Shown one piece after another: positions 52,801 through 64,000 of a stretch of DNA of 64,000 nt (the stretch's first letter is position 1; every line of letters starts with the position of its first letter). The DNA lies in the NCBI GenBank assembly GCA_036172245.1, contig JAYWIR010000080.1:62001-126000 (forward strand), read 5' to 3'. The translations under genes were made by a program, and so were the position numbers. The stretch comes from Raillietiella orientalis (lineage: Eukaryota). The notes beneath the pieces were generated by a model. That model was not told the DNA's origin, did not search any database, and saw only the letters and a list, made by a program, of their open reading frames with translations.

Positions 52801-54862
52801 ATACGTGAATAGTTTGTGTACTGAATGTCAATGACTCGAGAAAATCATAAATAAAGGCATCGAAGCAAAAGAAAAATGTTTCAGGCACTGCTAATCAGGT
52901 AGTAGAAGGAAGCGAAAATGAAGCATACCTGCTTTGTTTTGTTTTTTACCTGTTTCTTATCAAAGCAGAACCTTATGCATGAGAATAAATTAGTTGCTTT
53001 CCTAGACAATTCATCACTGGTGCTGTTTCTTGAATATGAACAACGCCCGCTAACACTCGGTGCACTTTCAGCAAATATTATTCACATCAATTAGGCACCT
53101 GATCTATGTATCTACGTATATGTACTTATTTGAAAGAAAGAAAGAAAAAACTTATTCATGGAAGATAAAAACAGAATTCCTTAAAAGAATCTCCTTAATA
53201 GGTACTGAGTTCAACTGATGATAAATAAATGAAGTGCTTAATGCTTAGCGAGATTGGCAAGAATCTTCGAGATCATAAGGTAACAGACGAGACAGCCCAC
53301 TGCTTCATGCAAACTCCAGTTTCGATCTGCTCCAAATACGAAATTTACGGTCCTGTTCATAGATTAAGAATACGATCTTGTCACGGTATATTGCTCTTTT
53401 CGACTGCTTGCAAGCAGTTCTTCTGTTTGCCAATTTTTTCTTTTCCGTTTATTTTGAAAACATCTTGTTTTCTCTCTGACAAACTGCAGACTTGTCAGAG
53501 TTCTGCTTCCTTTCGCAAGGATTATATTTTACCGTAGTTCTCAACGGTGATTTTTTTTTTTTCGTAAACTTCAGAAGATACAAAGTTACTGCTCCCTTGT
53601 TTCAGATCAATGGAACGCTCAGGAAATGGTTTTCAGGGTTCTTGTTTCACTTGTCTGCATTAATTGCATACAGGTAGCTTCTCCGCCCCTGAAGAATTTC
53701 GGTTGAAAATATCTATCCGACTTTCCACGAACCAGAATCCAGTTGGTGTTGTTTTTCTTCTCTCTTTTTTTTCCCTTCTTTTGGACAGTTTACGTATTTT
53801 TCACTCTCCAACCATCATCGTTCATGTCATTGCTGTGATTGAATTTTGCACATTGCTTTCTTTGAAATAAGATGGTTTGTCTTTCCAATTTAGGACACCT
53901 AGATGGCTGCCAATCCACCTTAATTCATTGAAATTCCCTTTCTTTTTGCTCGAAATTTTTTAATTCTCATTCAAGAAAATGTTCCCTGAAACTTCCACCT
54001 TTGATCGCTTTAGATGCATAACAGAAGGCTAGCATACGTGTTTGCTTAGAAAGTTTGTGAGATGGGAGAACTCGATCCTAATCGGCGCCTAATCAGATGA
54101 AACCACAGTAAGAGGCCACCAACATGGGAAAAAAAAGTGATCAAAGAACAAAATACCAGTCCGATCATACTCTGTTAAGATTCTATGACCAAAGATAAAA
54201 TAGTGATGTCTCTGTAAGGTGCACTCACAAGAAAACTGTAAAATAGTGTTAATTACATTATTTTATAGAATTCAATGAATCACAATTAAAGAGATGGCGG
54301 AAAGCAGCGGCAGGAATAATTTAAGTCTACTTGGTGATTTTAAAATGAGGCAGATCACTTCATGTTGGACAAGACACACAGGTTTTCTCATAATTATCTC
54401 ATAATTGCTGTGGTGATGTAATTCCAAATTTCTCTATTTTCAACCTTTTGGTTGATTGCCTTCATGCCACATTCGCATCTTTGAGATGAGAAGAGAAACT
54501 CAAATCAAGGCAGCCTAACTTCAACATCATTCACATAAAAAGTGCTGATGAGACCATGAAAATGCCTACTTGTACATCACATCATGTAAAGCAAAGGCAC
54601 ATGCAATACAGGCATTCTAAAACTGTGCAATACAGTAAACACTGCATCATACATCATATGCTAATCTATCATCAATACTACTGAACAAGTTGTTTTACAT
54701 ACTGTATATTTGCATTCTGAATGCTGAGACTTAGTCCAGCATGTGTCAAACATTAAATTAAACATACTGTGGTATTAAATATGCAAGCACTGTTCACATT
54801 TAATCTCAGCAAAGGGCCTTACAATACCAGTCTACTGTGTAACTTCTACTTGCATATGTATC

Positions 54863-55699
54863 TTATGCTTCAACGCGAAGTTTTCTGTTTATTCCAGAGA
54901 TCTGAGGGAAAGATTTACTTCCAGAAAATGTAAGTTGTGAAATCAACTGTACAACTGGGTTTAATAATAAATGTCTGCTAGTATCCTTGAAACTAACTTC
55001 CACAAGTTTGACACTTTCCTTGAAAGCCCAGCAATGGCTTACACTTTGTTGCACTTGACGTTTTGCAGTCAAATCACTTTTGTTACCAAGAATCAGGAAA
55101 AGAAACTAAAATGAAAATTGGATTACAGCTTGATCAATTCCACATACCTCTTTTTTCTCTCTGCTGGCCTCTATATGTTTTTTTATTGTATCAAGAAGAA
55201 GAAAAGAATCCAAATTGTCAACAGCGTAGACTAACACAAAGATGTCTCCACTCTGAACATAGTGGTTTGGAATTTTAGGGTTGGATGAATTTAAACCACC
55301 AAGATCAAGAATTCTAAGCCGCTCTTTGTTACTTTTTTCAGCTTCAATTGTAGCATAATAAGTATCTTCAATTGTTGGAAAGGGCTAAAAGAAATTATAA
55401 ATCGCCAAATCATTGGAAGTGAATTTCAAATTTCATCACTTATAAATAGTTCATGGAATGGAATTCACATGAAGTACTTGGATCGTGTAACATATACCGA
55501 CACTGTTTTGCATCAGCTGCAGTTTCGAAATTCAAAACATTTGATTTCCTTTAAACAAACAAAATGATGGAACATCTCAAAGCGTCATTCATACTTCTGA
55601 AATGGACGAAGAATCTTCCAGGTAAAACAGTTTCTGAATCAAACTCGTTTTCCCAACTTTACTCGCACCACAAAACACTACTTTGATGGACTTTCCCAT
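54863..55699 (-). CDS. NKIRAS: NF-kappa-B inhibitor-interacting Ras-like protein (kappaB-Ras), 194 aa, 3 exons
   Basis: Exons 55699-55595, 55384-55148, 55105-54863 with GT-AG introns. 'MGKSIKVVFCGASKVGKTSLIQKL', 'TIEDTY', 'RLRILDLGGL', 'FVLVYAVD', 'REKKE|FLFLILGNKSD', 'WAFKESVKLVEVS'. No CAAX, as in kappaB-Ras. Confidence 0.9.
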
Positions 55700-56479
55700 T
55701 TTTCGGAAAAATGATCACAAGTTCATTTCAAGTTCCGAGGTTCCTTAAACAGTGACACGAAAATGAAAAACAAACGAAAGGAGAACGGGAAAAGCGTTTT
55801 CGGCTTTTGCAGTGCAGACAAAAAACACCCCAAAAAAAATTCAAAAATGGAACTTCTCAACTATTAACTAGAAAATCTCCTTTTCGATAGGTTCCATTTT
55901 TCCCACGAAGACACCCCTCCATTCTGCGTTCGTTCATTCCATTATTCAGCGTGGCGTTCCAATTTTGTTTCAAAAAAAAAAAAAAAAACTGACATCGTAA
56001 TGAAAGAAGAGATCACATCCATCGACCGGAGGCACACAACGGTGTTGTTGCACCGTGTTGTGTGTTGCAGACGGGACTTCGAATAGGATTGTCCAGCTGC
56101 CGTGTTTGCTTTCCGTCCTTCTGCTCAACAAATCGACTCACACACATTCCTGTTTAAGAAAAACCTGGAAAGAACGTTTCAGTGTGTCTCCACACCGAAA
56201 GCTTCGTACCAATAAGGGGATCGCATGGGTCCAACAGCAGATATACTGCTGATTATAATCGCCGTGTAATCAGCCTTGGGGGGCCAACGGCGGAGGTTTG
56301 AAACACAGCCGAACAAAGAGTGAACCAGAGGTCAACCGAAAGTGAGACAGAACAAGTGAATGCCTTTTTCTTCGGAGGAAACGAACTGATCGTCAGTGTG
56401 ATGGAGCCGAATCTCACCAAGGCTGATGGAGATAAACTGTATATGCACCCGGTGGCGCCGGGACGTTTGTTGCTTCAGC

Positions 56480-58240
56480 ATTAACATACGTTTGCTCTTC
56501 CTTGTTGGGAGGGAGAATCTTCAATTTTACTGGGGGTTGAGTTCACCGGTTGGGCGTGTTTTCGTGGGGGGATAAGAGAGAAGGACAGGAGGAGGGGCCA
56601 GGGGAAGGGGGGGGAGGGCAGATGGATGTTGCGGGAGGGGGAAAGGATATTCGCTGAACTTTGGGTCCCTTTGAACCTCTGTATGACCCTTTTTATTTCT
56701 TTGTGGTCCCCCGTGTTGAAGTGTGACCATTTTCTTGTTGCCTTAAGCAGTTTAACGCACATTTTGAGGGTGTCAAAGTTTCGTTGTTCTTTTTCCCTCA
56801 CATATCTTGTGATTGTTGCTGCCCTTAGGAAGCAGAAAACCGTCACCTCCGAGACCTTTGTTAGCCTTTCCCTGATGAAGAATCTGATAAGTAGGTCCCT
56901 TGCTGATAGATCCGGGAGGGAGAGGCTAAATGCTATTCTTTGCCATCCTTGTTGTTAGACGCTGCATTCGACGAGGAGGTGGGCAATCGTTTCTATGTTG
57001 CCGCACCTGCTACAGTCTGGACCCTTCGCGTGTTTGTCAATGTGATGTTCCAACTCATTTCTGTGAATACACTAGTGGATGATGAGTGTGAGAAGGTACG
57101 GGTCTTCAGGGGTACCCCTTTGCCTATAACAAACATGCCTGGGGCGTCCATTGACGCGATGGGAATGCCTAAGATGTGTGCCCATCGCTTGATTTCCAGG
57201 CTAGCTTCATGCTTCAGGAGGACATCGGCCAGATCGTAGGCTTTGCAGCAGTGAATTCGTAGTTCCATCTCCTTTTTCCAACCATGAGACCGTCCACTGG
57301 GCGGGTTGCGTGAAGTCCACTCTTAATTTTTAAATTTCATTTTTTTGAGCAAGCTACGAGCCGCTCCATCTGAAGCGGGCCCAAGCAAATTTCTCAACTT
57401 CTTCTACGGTGAGGTGGCATATTCTCCACATTCGACGATGAATTCGCGGTTCTTCGTGGTGCAACTGCAGCCATAGACCCACTGTAAGAGTTTGTGGGGC
57501 TTTGTAATTGGCAGGTTCGCATTTTAGCTCGGGATGTTTTCTGAGCAGGACCGCAATCTCTTTAAGAGGGGAGGAAGCCTCCTCTTCATCTTCTTGTCCA
57601 CCAGGATGCTCAGGTTGGAGCTGCTACCATGGAGGTTCTGCAGTGTCGGGCGTGCGTATGGAGCCAGTACTCTGGCCATTTTTCCGCCGCCATTGTCAAC
57701 TTTCTCATTGATATTTGAGTACTGAGGATCTCTGGTGACAGCATGTCCAGCCCCGCGTTTTTTCTCGGCCTCGTCAGATCTTTGGGGAGAATTTTTGACC
57801 GCGCCTTACCCCACAAGGCTTTTCGCATGATGGCTCTAGTTCGTTTCATGACCCCTTTGGAAAGAGCAGGGATTCCAACTTGTGAGCCAGGAAGGTGTTC
57901 CATATTACTGCTCGTCCGACAGTAGAAACCTAAAGGGTGCTCTAAGGGAGCGAGAGCCTTGGCGACCGAGTCCATCAGGATTGACCATTCCAGTTCGTTG
58001 TCGAACTGGCCTAGAGTGTTCCTAGGTATTTTGGGTGCCTCCCTAGTTTTATTCCTAAGGAAGTCGAACCTATTTCCTGTTCTTCCGTTGGTATTATCAT
58101 GACTGCACATTTGTCCTTGTTGACTTTCAACCCTGTGGTTTCCCCGATTTTTTCGAACAATGACCCTATCGCTTCAGGAGGGGTAGTGGGGAGCAAGAGC
58201 AGTAGTAGATCTTCCGCGTTGATCGAAATAAACTCCATAT
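56480..58240 (-). mobile_element. 5'-truncated, decayed non-LTR retrotransposon (L1/Tx1-like ORF2 C-terminal half)
   Basis: RT C-terminal motifs 'NAEDLLL' (YADD position), 'GLKVNKDK' and 'KYLG'; post-RT 'ALWGK..LTRPRKNAGLDM'; zf-RVT CCHC 'CSRCGNIETIAHLLVEC' at ~56965-57015. Multiple stops and frameshifts; 3' boundary uncertain. Confidence 0.85.
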
Positions 58241-59043
58241 AATTTTCTACGATACTCCAGTTTTATATGGAAATTAGGCACGCAATATGCGACTTTAGCT
58301 CTACCAAACGCGACTAATGAAAAACAAGCAATGGGGCAGAATCTACTTTTTAAAAAATAAAATAAAACGAAGCCCTATGAGCTAGAAGAAATGTCTTTCG
58401 TTCAACCAAACTTTTTAATTGCCCTTATATTTAAAAACAAAACGGAACCGCTTGCAAAATTCCTGAGCGTTAGCGGAGTTTTGAAACTCATGACAGGTTT
58501 TAGAGTTTCGTGAGCTTGAGTGCCTCATCCCAGTGAACAGCAAAATTAAAAGCAATCTCTAACCGAGGTACATTTAGAATTGATACTAAAAAGATAGAAA
58601 AGCTTCAATGAACCAGGATTTCGATTAGGTCAAAATCTCAATACACAAAACTTTAACAGGTTTTGCAAAAGTTCAAAACTCTTGAATAAAAAGGGTCATT
58701 TGTTCAATTTTAATCATTTATTTAATTAAATACATCGAGTATATACATCTAAAAAATTTCCTTGTGACCAATTTCTATACAAATTAATAAAATGGATGAT
58801 GAACAAAAATCTACGTACATCAAAAGCGTCGACGATATGCGACACGTGAATTGTTTTGGTGGAATGTTGAAAATCAAACTATTTAATGTGAAAAGCATTG
58901 CATAAAACACAAATGCTAAGGTTAGAGGTGTTGAAAGCTTAATACAATCAATCACCTACAGTATGAATGGCAATAGTTACTTGTCAGGTATTTACCTCAT
59001 GCTGATGGTGCATTCGGATTGCAAAGAACATTTGACGTACACA

Positions 59044-62000
59044 TCAACTCGTTTCTTGCTCATCTGCATCATGTTCAGATGCGTCACCTTCAGAATTTGC
59101 CTCAACATCAGAGGGAAGTTCTTCACCTTTTAAATTCCTGTTCTTAAGGTTTCCCAACCAAAACGCTTTTTCACATTTATTCATAGCAAGCATGGCCTTA
59201 ACCAGGAATATGAAAGATTCTAAACTTTTCTTTAAGGGTGGCACGTACTTAGTAAGAGACAAATCTTGTTTAACCTTAGAATGATTGCAAGTGTGTTGCA
59301 ACATTCTTGTTGATGACTGAATAATTTTGAGTAATTTCTGTACGTTTTCCCCGTTTGAGCGAAAAAGTTTTTCCATCAAGGGCATTCCATGCCGCATGAA
59401 CATATCCATGAACTGTTTCCCCACTTTTAGTGCTTCACATAAATTAGAGCGGTGATCAAACATTCTCAGTGCTCCCATTAATAACTGAAAGTCTTCTGCA
59501 ACTGAATTCCATTCCTGCAGAGCCTGTTGCTCTGATTCAGAATGAGTGACTAGATGTTTGACACTCTCAGAGAGAGCAAAAAACAGCTGCTTATACCACG
59601 TTGGAATGGTGCTTTTGCTTAGTGTACCATAGTCAGATTCTTTAAAATTTGACTGCAACAGATGTAACAGTGGCTTATAACCATGTTGCAAGCGTACTTG
59701 CAACAACTGATCTAAAGCACTTTTTTTAATGATATTCCATTTGCGTTTGAGGAGACTATCAGCTAATGCAGCTGAGGTACATTACTGTGAAATTACACAA
59801 TTGCCGTACTTACCAACTGTTCCCAAATCATCGGATATGGCACACATTCTGTTTAGCAATGATAATAGCAATGCTGCTCCTTCCATAGTCACAATAACTT
59901 GTCCTAATCTTTGCAAGTATGCTGAAGCATGCTTAGCCAGCTGCTGCTCGGATAAGTCACTAGTATTCACACAGATTCTGCTGCAAATGATTGCCAAGAG
60001 CTCTGAGACACTTGAAGGTTTGGATGATATATTCTTACCCTTTCTACACACATCACTAAGCAATTCCCATGAAAAAATAACATGTAGAATCTCCAGTCCT
60101 AAATCCAAACATGATGCATATTGATTATACTCAGTTAGAGGACTTGATTCCTGGGATGCCAAACTGCAATCTTCCTTCTATGCAAATTTTCAAATGGATC
60201 ATGTACATGTATTTTTGCTGACCTTTAGGAAATCAGCCACGTCCTCTAGATGATTGCACAAAAAAGGAATAAGTTTTAACGAGCAATTTACAATATCCAA
60301 TGGCAATAACTGGTCCAGCATTCTAAAGTTCTTATTATCCATGCTGCCAGCCCAGGGTGGCTTTCCATTAGACTCTTGAGTTGCCAAGCAGTGCTTCAAT
60401 TTCACTAACCAGTCATCTAGTAACATGAATAACATGGATATATTGAGTGCCAATTGATCTTGAGAAGAAGAATTTTCCATGTGAAGGTGTAACAAATCAA
60501 GCACTTTGATGCGCAGCTCTCTCAAATGAGAGGAGATGGAGAATTTGCCTGGAGTTTTTATAACTCGTTTTTTGATTGGAGGTGCAAAACTAGACATAGA
60601 TCCCTGGTCCAGCTGACTAAGAATAGTTTTCCCCAAGTGAGACTTGTCACTCAAGGATTGGTTATCTCCTATAGAAGTCTCTTCAAAATTCACTAATGGA
60701 GGAACAAAATTTGGGATGGTTGGTAGCAAGTCCATGATTTTCTGCTGAAGAGACATCTGCAGCTGCATCCTCTTTAACACCTAACAAAGCCAACGTTTCG
60801 CCTTCAGTACTCCAAACTGACCTTAGTGCGGATATCAACATTGTCTGAATCACAAAAGACATTGATCAACTCACGACACCAATTGGTGGCATGGAATAAG
60901 CAGGATAAGGCTGTACTTTTCTGAGATAAATCAAGATTTCCAATAGAATCAAAATTTACAAGCCACAAAGGGCAACCCAAAAGGGCATCAATGTTTTCCA
61001 AATTGCCAGCATGCAGCTTTTGTTCACAAGCTGCCAATGCATGAAGTGCTGAACACATATACAAGCAGTTGGCAGATCTGTTTCCTGGTTGACTCCTTGG
61101 AGCTGAATCAGAGTCCAAGACCAGCATTCCCACATTCAAGGCTATAGAATCATCCACCAACTCATCCAAACCAAATTGCAGAGTCAATGAAACTCCATGT
61201 CTGAAAAATGTCATTGGAGTACCATAATGCTCTTACAAACCGGCTGCAAGTCTGGAAATCACTCACATCCACAACAAAGTCTTCTTGGAAATCATCTGTC
61301 AGGGAATTGGTCAGCCAATCCTAGGAGGAACCACACTGCAACAACTTCGAAAATGTTTACCCTTTGTTGTCCACAAATAACACCTCTGTGCACCAGTAAA
61401 GCTACTTCATCTAAAAACATGGCTAATACAGATGGAAAAGGCCAAGTAGAGCGATACGTAATCTCTAGTTGTTTATGATTTGGTTCATCTGCAGTCAATC
61501 TACCTTGGACTTGCTTTCTCTGAGTAGATTACCATATGCTTACCTGTTTTGATGTTGGAGAGCAGTAAGGGTGGCAAGCACACCAATCTTTCTGTTCTCT
61601 ACACTGCTGCTAGCTAACTGCTTAGTTAGCAGAATGTTGTATTCATGATGCAACACACTACAGCCATCTTCATGATAGGCTAATGAAGCTAGCATGCTCA
61701 ACATACGACGTACTTGATTAAGTGGGAAGAATTCCAGATAATCAAAAATTACCTTTGGAGCAATAAAGATTTATAGTAAGAAGAAGACCTACGGTGAAAT
61801 AAGAAACATAAGGCTGTAGTTCTCCTGGATGATCTTCAATTAAAGCATGCAGTACTTCCAACAAGAATTCCATTCGTTGGATAGGTCTGATCAATCCTAA
61901 TAAAGAAAGCAGTGAAGCAATGACCTCCTGACGGTGGTAGCCACAAAAAAAACGAAAGCACATTCTGAATGGCCAAGAATACATGAGTATTAAAATATGC

Positions 62001-63758
62001 CTTTTACCTGTAAATATTGCCTCCAAAATGACTCAACAATCTTTTAGTGGAGGCCATCAACTGACTGGCCAAGTTAAGCAACTGCAGAGAATACGCTTGC
62101 AGCAACTAAAAACCATAGCAACTGACAGTTTCCTGTAACTCACCTGAGAGTGGCTTTGAAAAGTGGCAGTCAACATTTGGGGAGAGAAGCATCCTTTCTG
62201 TAACTGAGTTTTCAAGATGTTAAAAGTCTGTTTTTGCCTGCCCTGGATGCCATATAAAATAAGAAGTAACAGAAAACTTGATGGATGAACTTGATTTTTA
62301 TCAGAAACTGCACACAACATCTGGAAGCTCACATTACATGCAACTTGAAAACAAACAAACCAACGGACCTTTACACATGCATCAGCAAGAAATGGCTTAG
62401 ATACAAAACTGGTCTGTAACACATGCATTACTAAAAGATCATCTGATTTGTCCCTGTTTCTTTGAGAATCATATTGACTAGTTGAAGTACTGTCTGGTGT
62501 TAAATCTAAATTTTCATGGATATCTTGCAAAATCTATCTTGTTGATTGTTTAAACTGTTCACAAAACCAAGACAAAACCTGCAGTGCATCTTGTGGATTA
62601 GTGCTCTCCAGCAAAAAACGGAGCAGCACAGGAAGATGTAGTAAACTGGTTCTTGGCAATAATTTGATTACTATTTCCTGTAAAGAGATCAATGTTTCAG
62701 CATCCCATGTCAAATTGGTCCAAGCATCAATGATTTCTGGAGTTAACTCCTCACTTTCAAGAAGAAGATCTCTATGCATGTGATTAGTCAAAAGAATAGA
62801 AAAAACAAACATACTTAAGAGAATCAATAATGGTCACATGGCAAACAGGAGGTAAAATGTCTGGCAAAGATGATATTAAGTGTTTTTGTAAGGAAGTGGA
62901 TGCTAAGTTGATGACATTGATCAGCTGCAAACAAAGGTCTTGAGGTTTTCGGATGTAATCCAACCAACGTAACTGTGAAATAATAAGCTTGGCAATGAAT
63001 TCCTGATCACTATTAAAGACATCCTCTTTAGTCTAAATTAATTATAATTTTCTTTGACCTCTGGTCAGTCGCCAATTCAGCAAATTTTTCTAGGAGGATG
63101 TCAAAAATTTGTGACTGTAAGTCATCTACTTTTACAAGTAACCTAAAAAGACTTTCCTGTTTAACAACTTCATCACCTTCTGAAGGATAAAAAGATGTTG
63201 CTGTTAGACATTTTCTGGAATAAATTTTAAACTATTTAACATATTGCATTTAACGTATCATCTACGACTTATAATACATTAAGCCTAAATAAAAACAATC
63301 ATTTCAATAGAGGAAACTTGTTTCATTGATGAACTTTTCAAATCATTCATACATGCTCATGTTCATAGAATAAGCTGTCTAAAATTTATTACCTCAACTT
63401 CGAAAAATCTTCATCATCTGAAAACAATCTCCTTAATTCGGAGATAAACGTATCAATTACAGAAGGATAATCTTTATGCTGTTTTAGTTGTGCAATAAGT
63501 TTTTCTACAAATAAGTTCTGATCGATACCTAAAATGAAAAAATTCGCAAACATCGGTGACAAACATATACATACTTAATTCATTGGGGTGATACACTTGA
63601 TAAATATTGCACTTAAAACCACAGATTTCCAAGAAGTGAAAGGCCTCATTATATCCCAAACTCGAGAATATATCATCTTCTTTTGGTTGACGTTTTCCAG
63701 AAAGTGCAATGGTTGCTGCTCCTTCACTAGTATTAGATTTACGTTTCATCCGATTCAT
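59044..63758 (-). CDS. FANCD2: Fanconi anemia group D2 protein (multi-exon)
   Basis: Exonic peptides resembling FANCD2 in the expected order: 'DQNLFVEKL..YPSVIDTFISEL', 'ESLFRLLVKVDDLQ', 'IAKLIISQLRWLD', 'LISSLPDIL', 'IFDYLEFFPLNQVRR', 'NILLTKQLASS' (K561-equivalent codon at 61621-61623), 'DDFQEDFVVD', 'GNLENIDALLGCP', 'LFHATNWCRELINVF', 'QSSTRMLQHTCNHSK', 'AFWLGNLKNRNLKGEE'. Start at 63758 or 63749; short GT-AG introns. Confidence 0.95.
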
Positions 63759-64000
63759 TTTTAAAGAAACTGAACGATGTCAGCATCAAAAATAGTAAAC
63801 TTAAGGCGCTATATCCGCTCAAATCTAGCGCCAAATCCAAGGTGCCTGAGTTTTGAGTTTTCGTATCATGAACCTGAATCATTCGACAAAATACTTGGTT
63901 TGATAATCTTGAAATAGAAGGACCTACAAGCGATATGAATAAAATACTTCTCACACTTTCTTCACATGCAAATATACAATCCCAATTCAAAAACCAAATT

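Noticed and set aside
63739..63990. 83-aa minus-strand ORF upstream of FANCD2
   Set aside because: Different frame from FANCD2 exon 1, no recognisable motif, and at the window edge; probably promoter or 5' UTR.

Overview
Eukaryotic (animal, probably arthropod/crustacean-like; the taxon is an inference) genomic DNA with many very short spliceosomal introns (38-62 bp). Four multi-exon genes can be reconstructed by eye: a FACIT/collagen IX-like gene (+, ~9.1-25.0 kb; TSPN/NC4 domain, interrupted Gly-X-Y helix), an SLC22 organic cation transporter (-, ~34.7-45.7 kb, with an 8-kb first intron), a kappaB-Ras/NKIRAS small GTPase (-, 54.9-55.7 kb) and FANCD2 (-, 59.0-63.76 kb). Intergenic and intronic space holds a 5'-truncated L1/Tx1-type LINE, decayed mariner transposase fragments, several weakly supported gene relics (BTB/BACK, BTB-Kelch, LRR) and an unidentified minus-strand coding-like region at ~29.5-32.3 kb. 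The most unusual element is a ~800-bp tRNA-headed SINE-like family, present in four copies. It has two B-box-like motifs and an internal array of ~40-nt hairpin units, several with UUCG-type loops, that varies in copy number (4 vs 6 units). One copy is bracketed by a ~90-bp direct repeat. All identifications are by motif recognition; no database searches were run.
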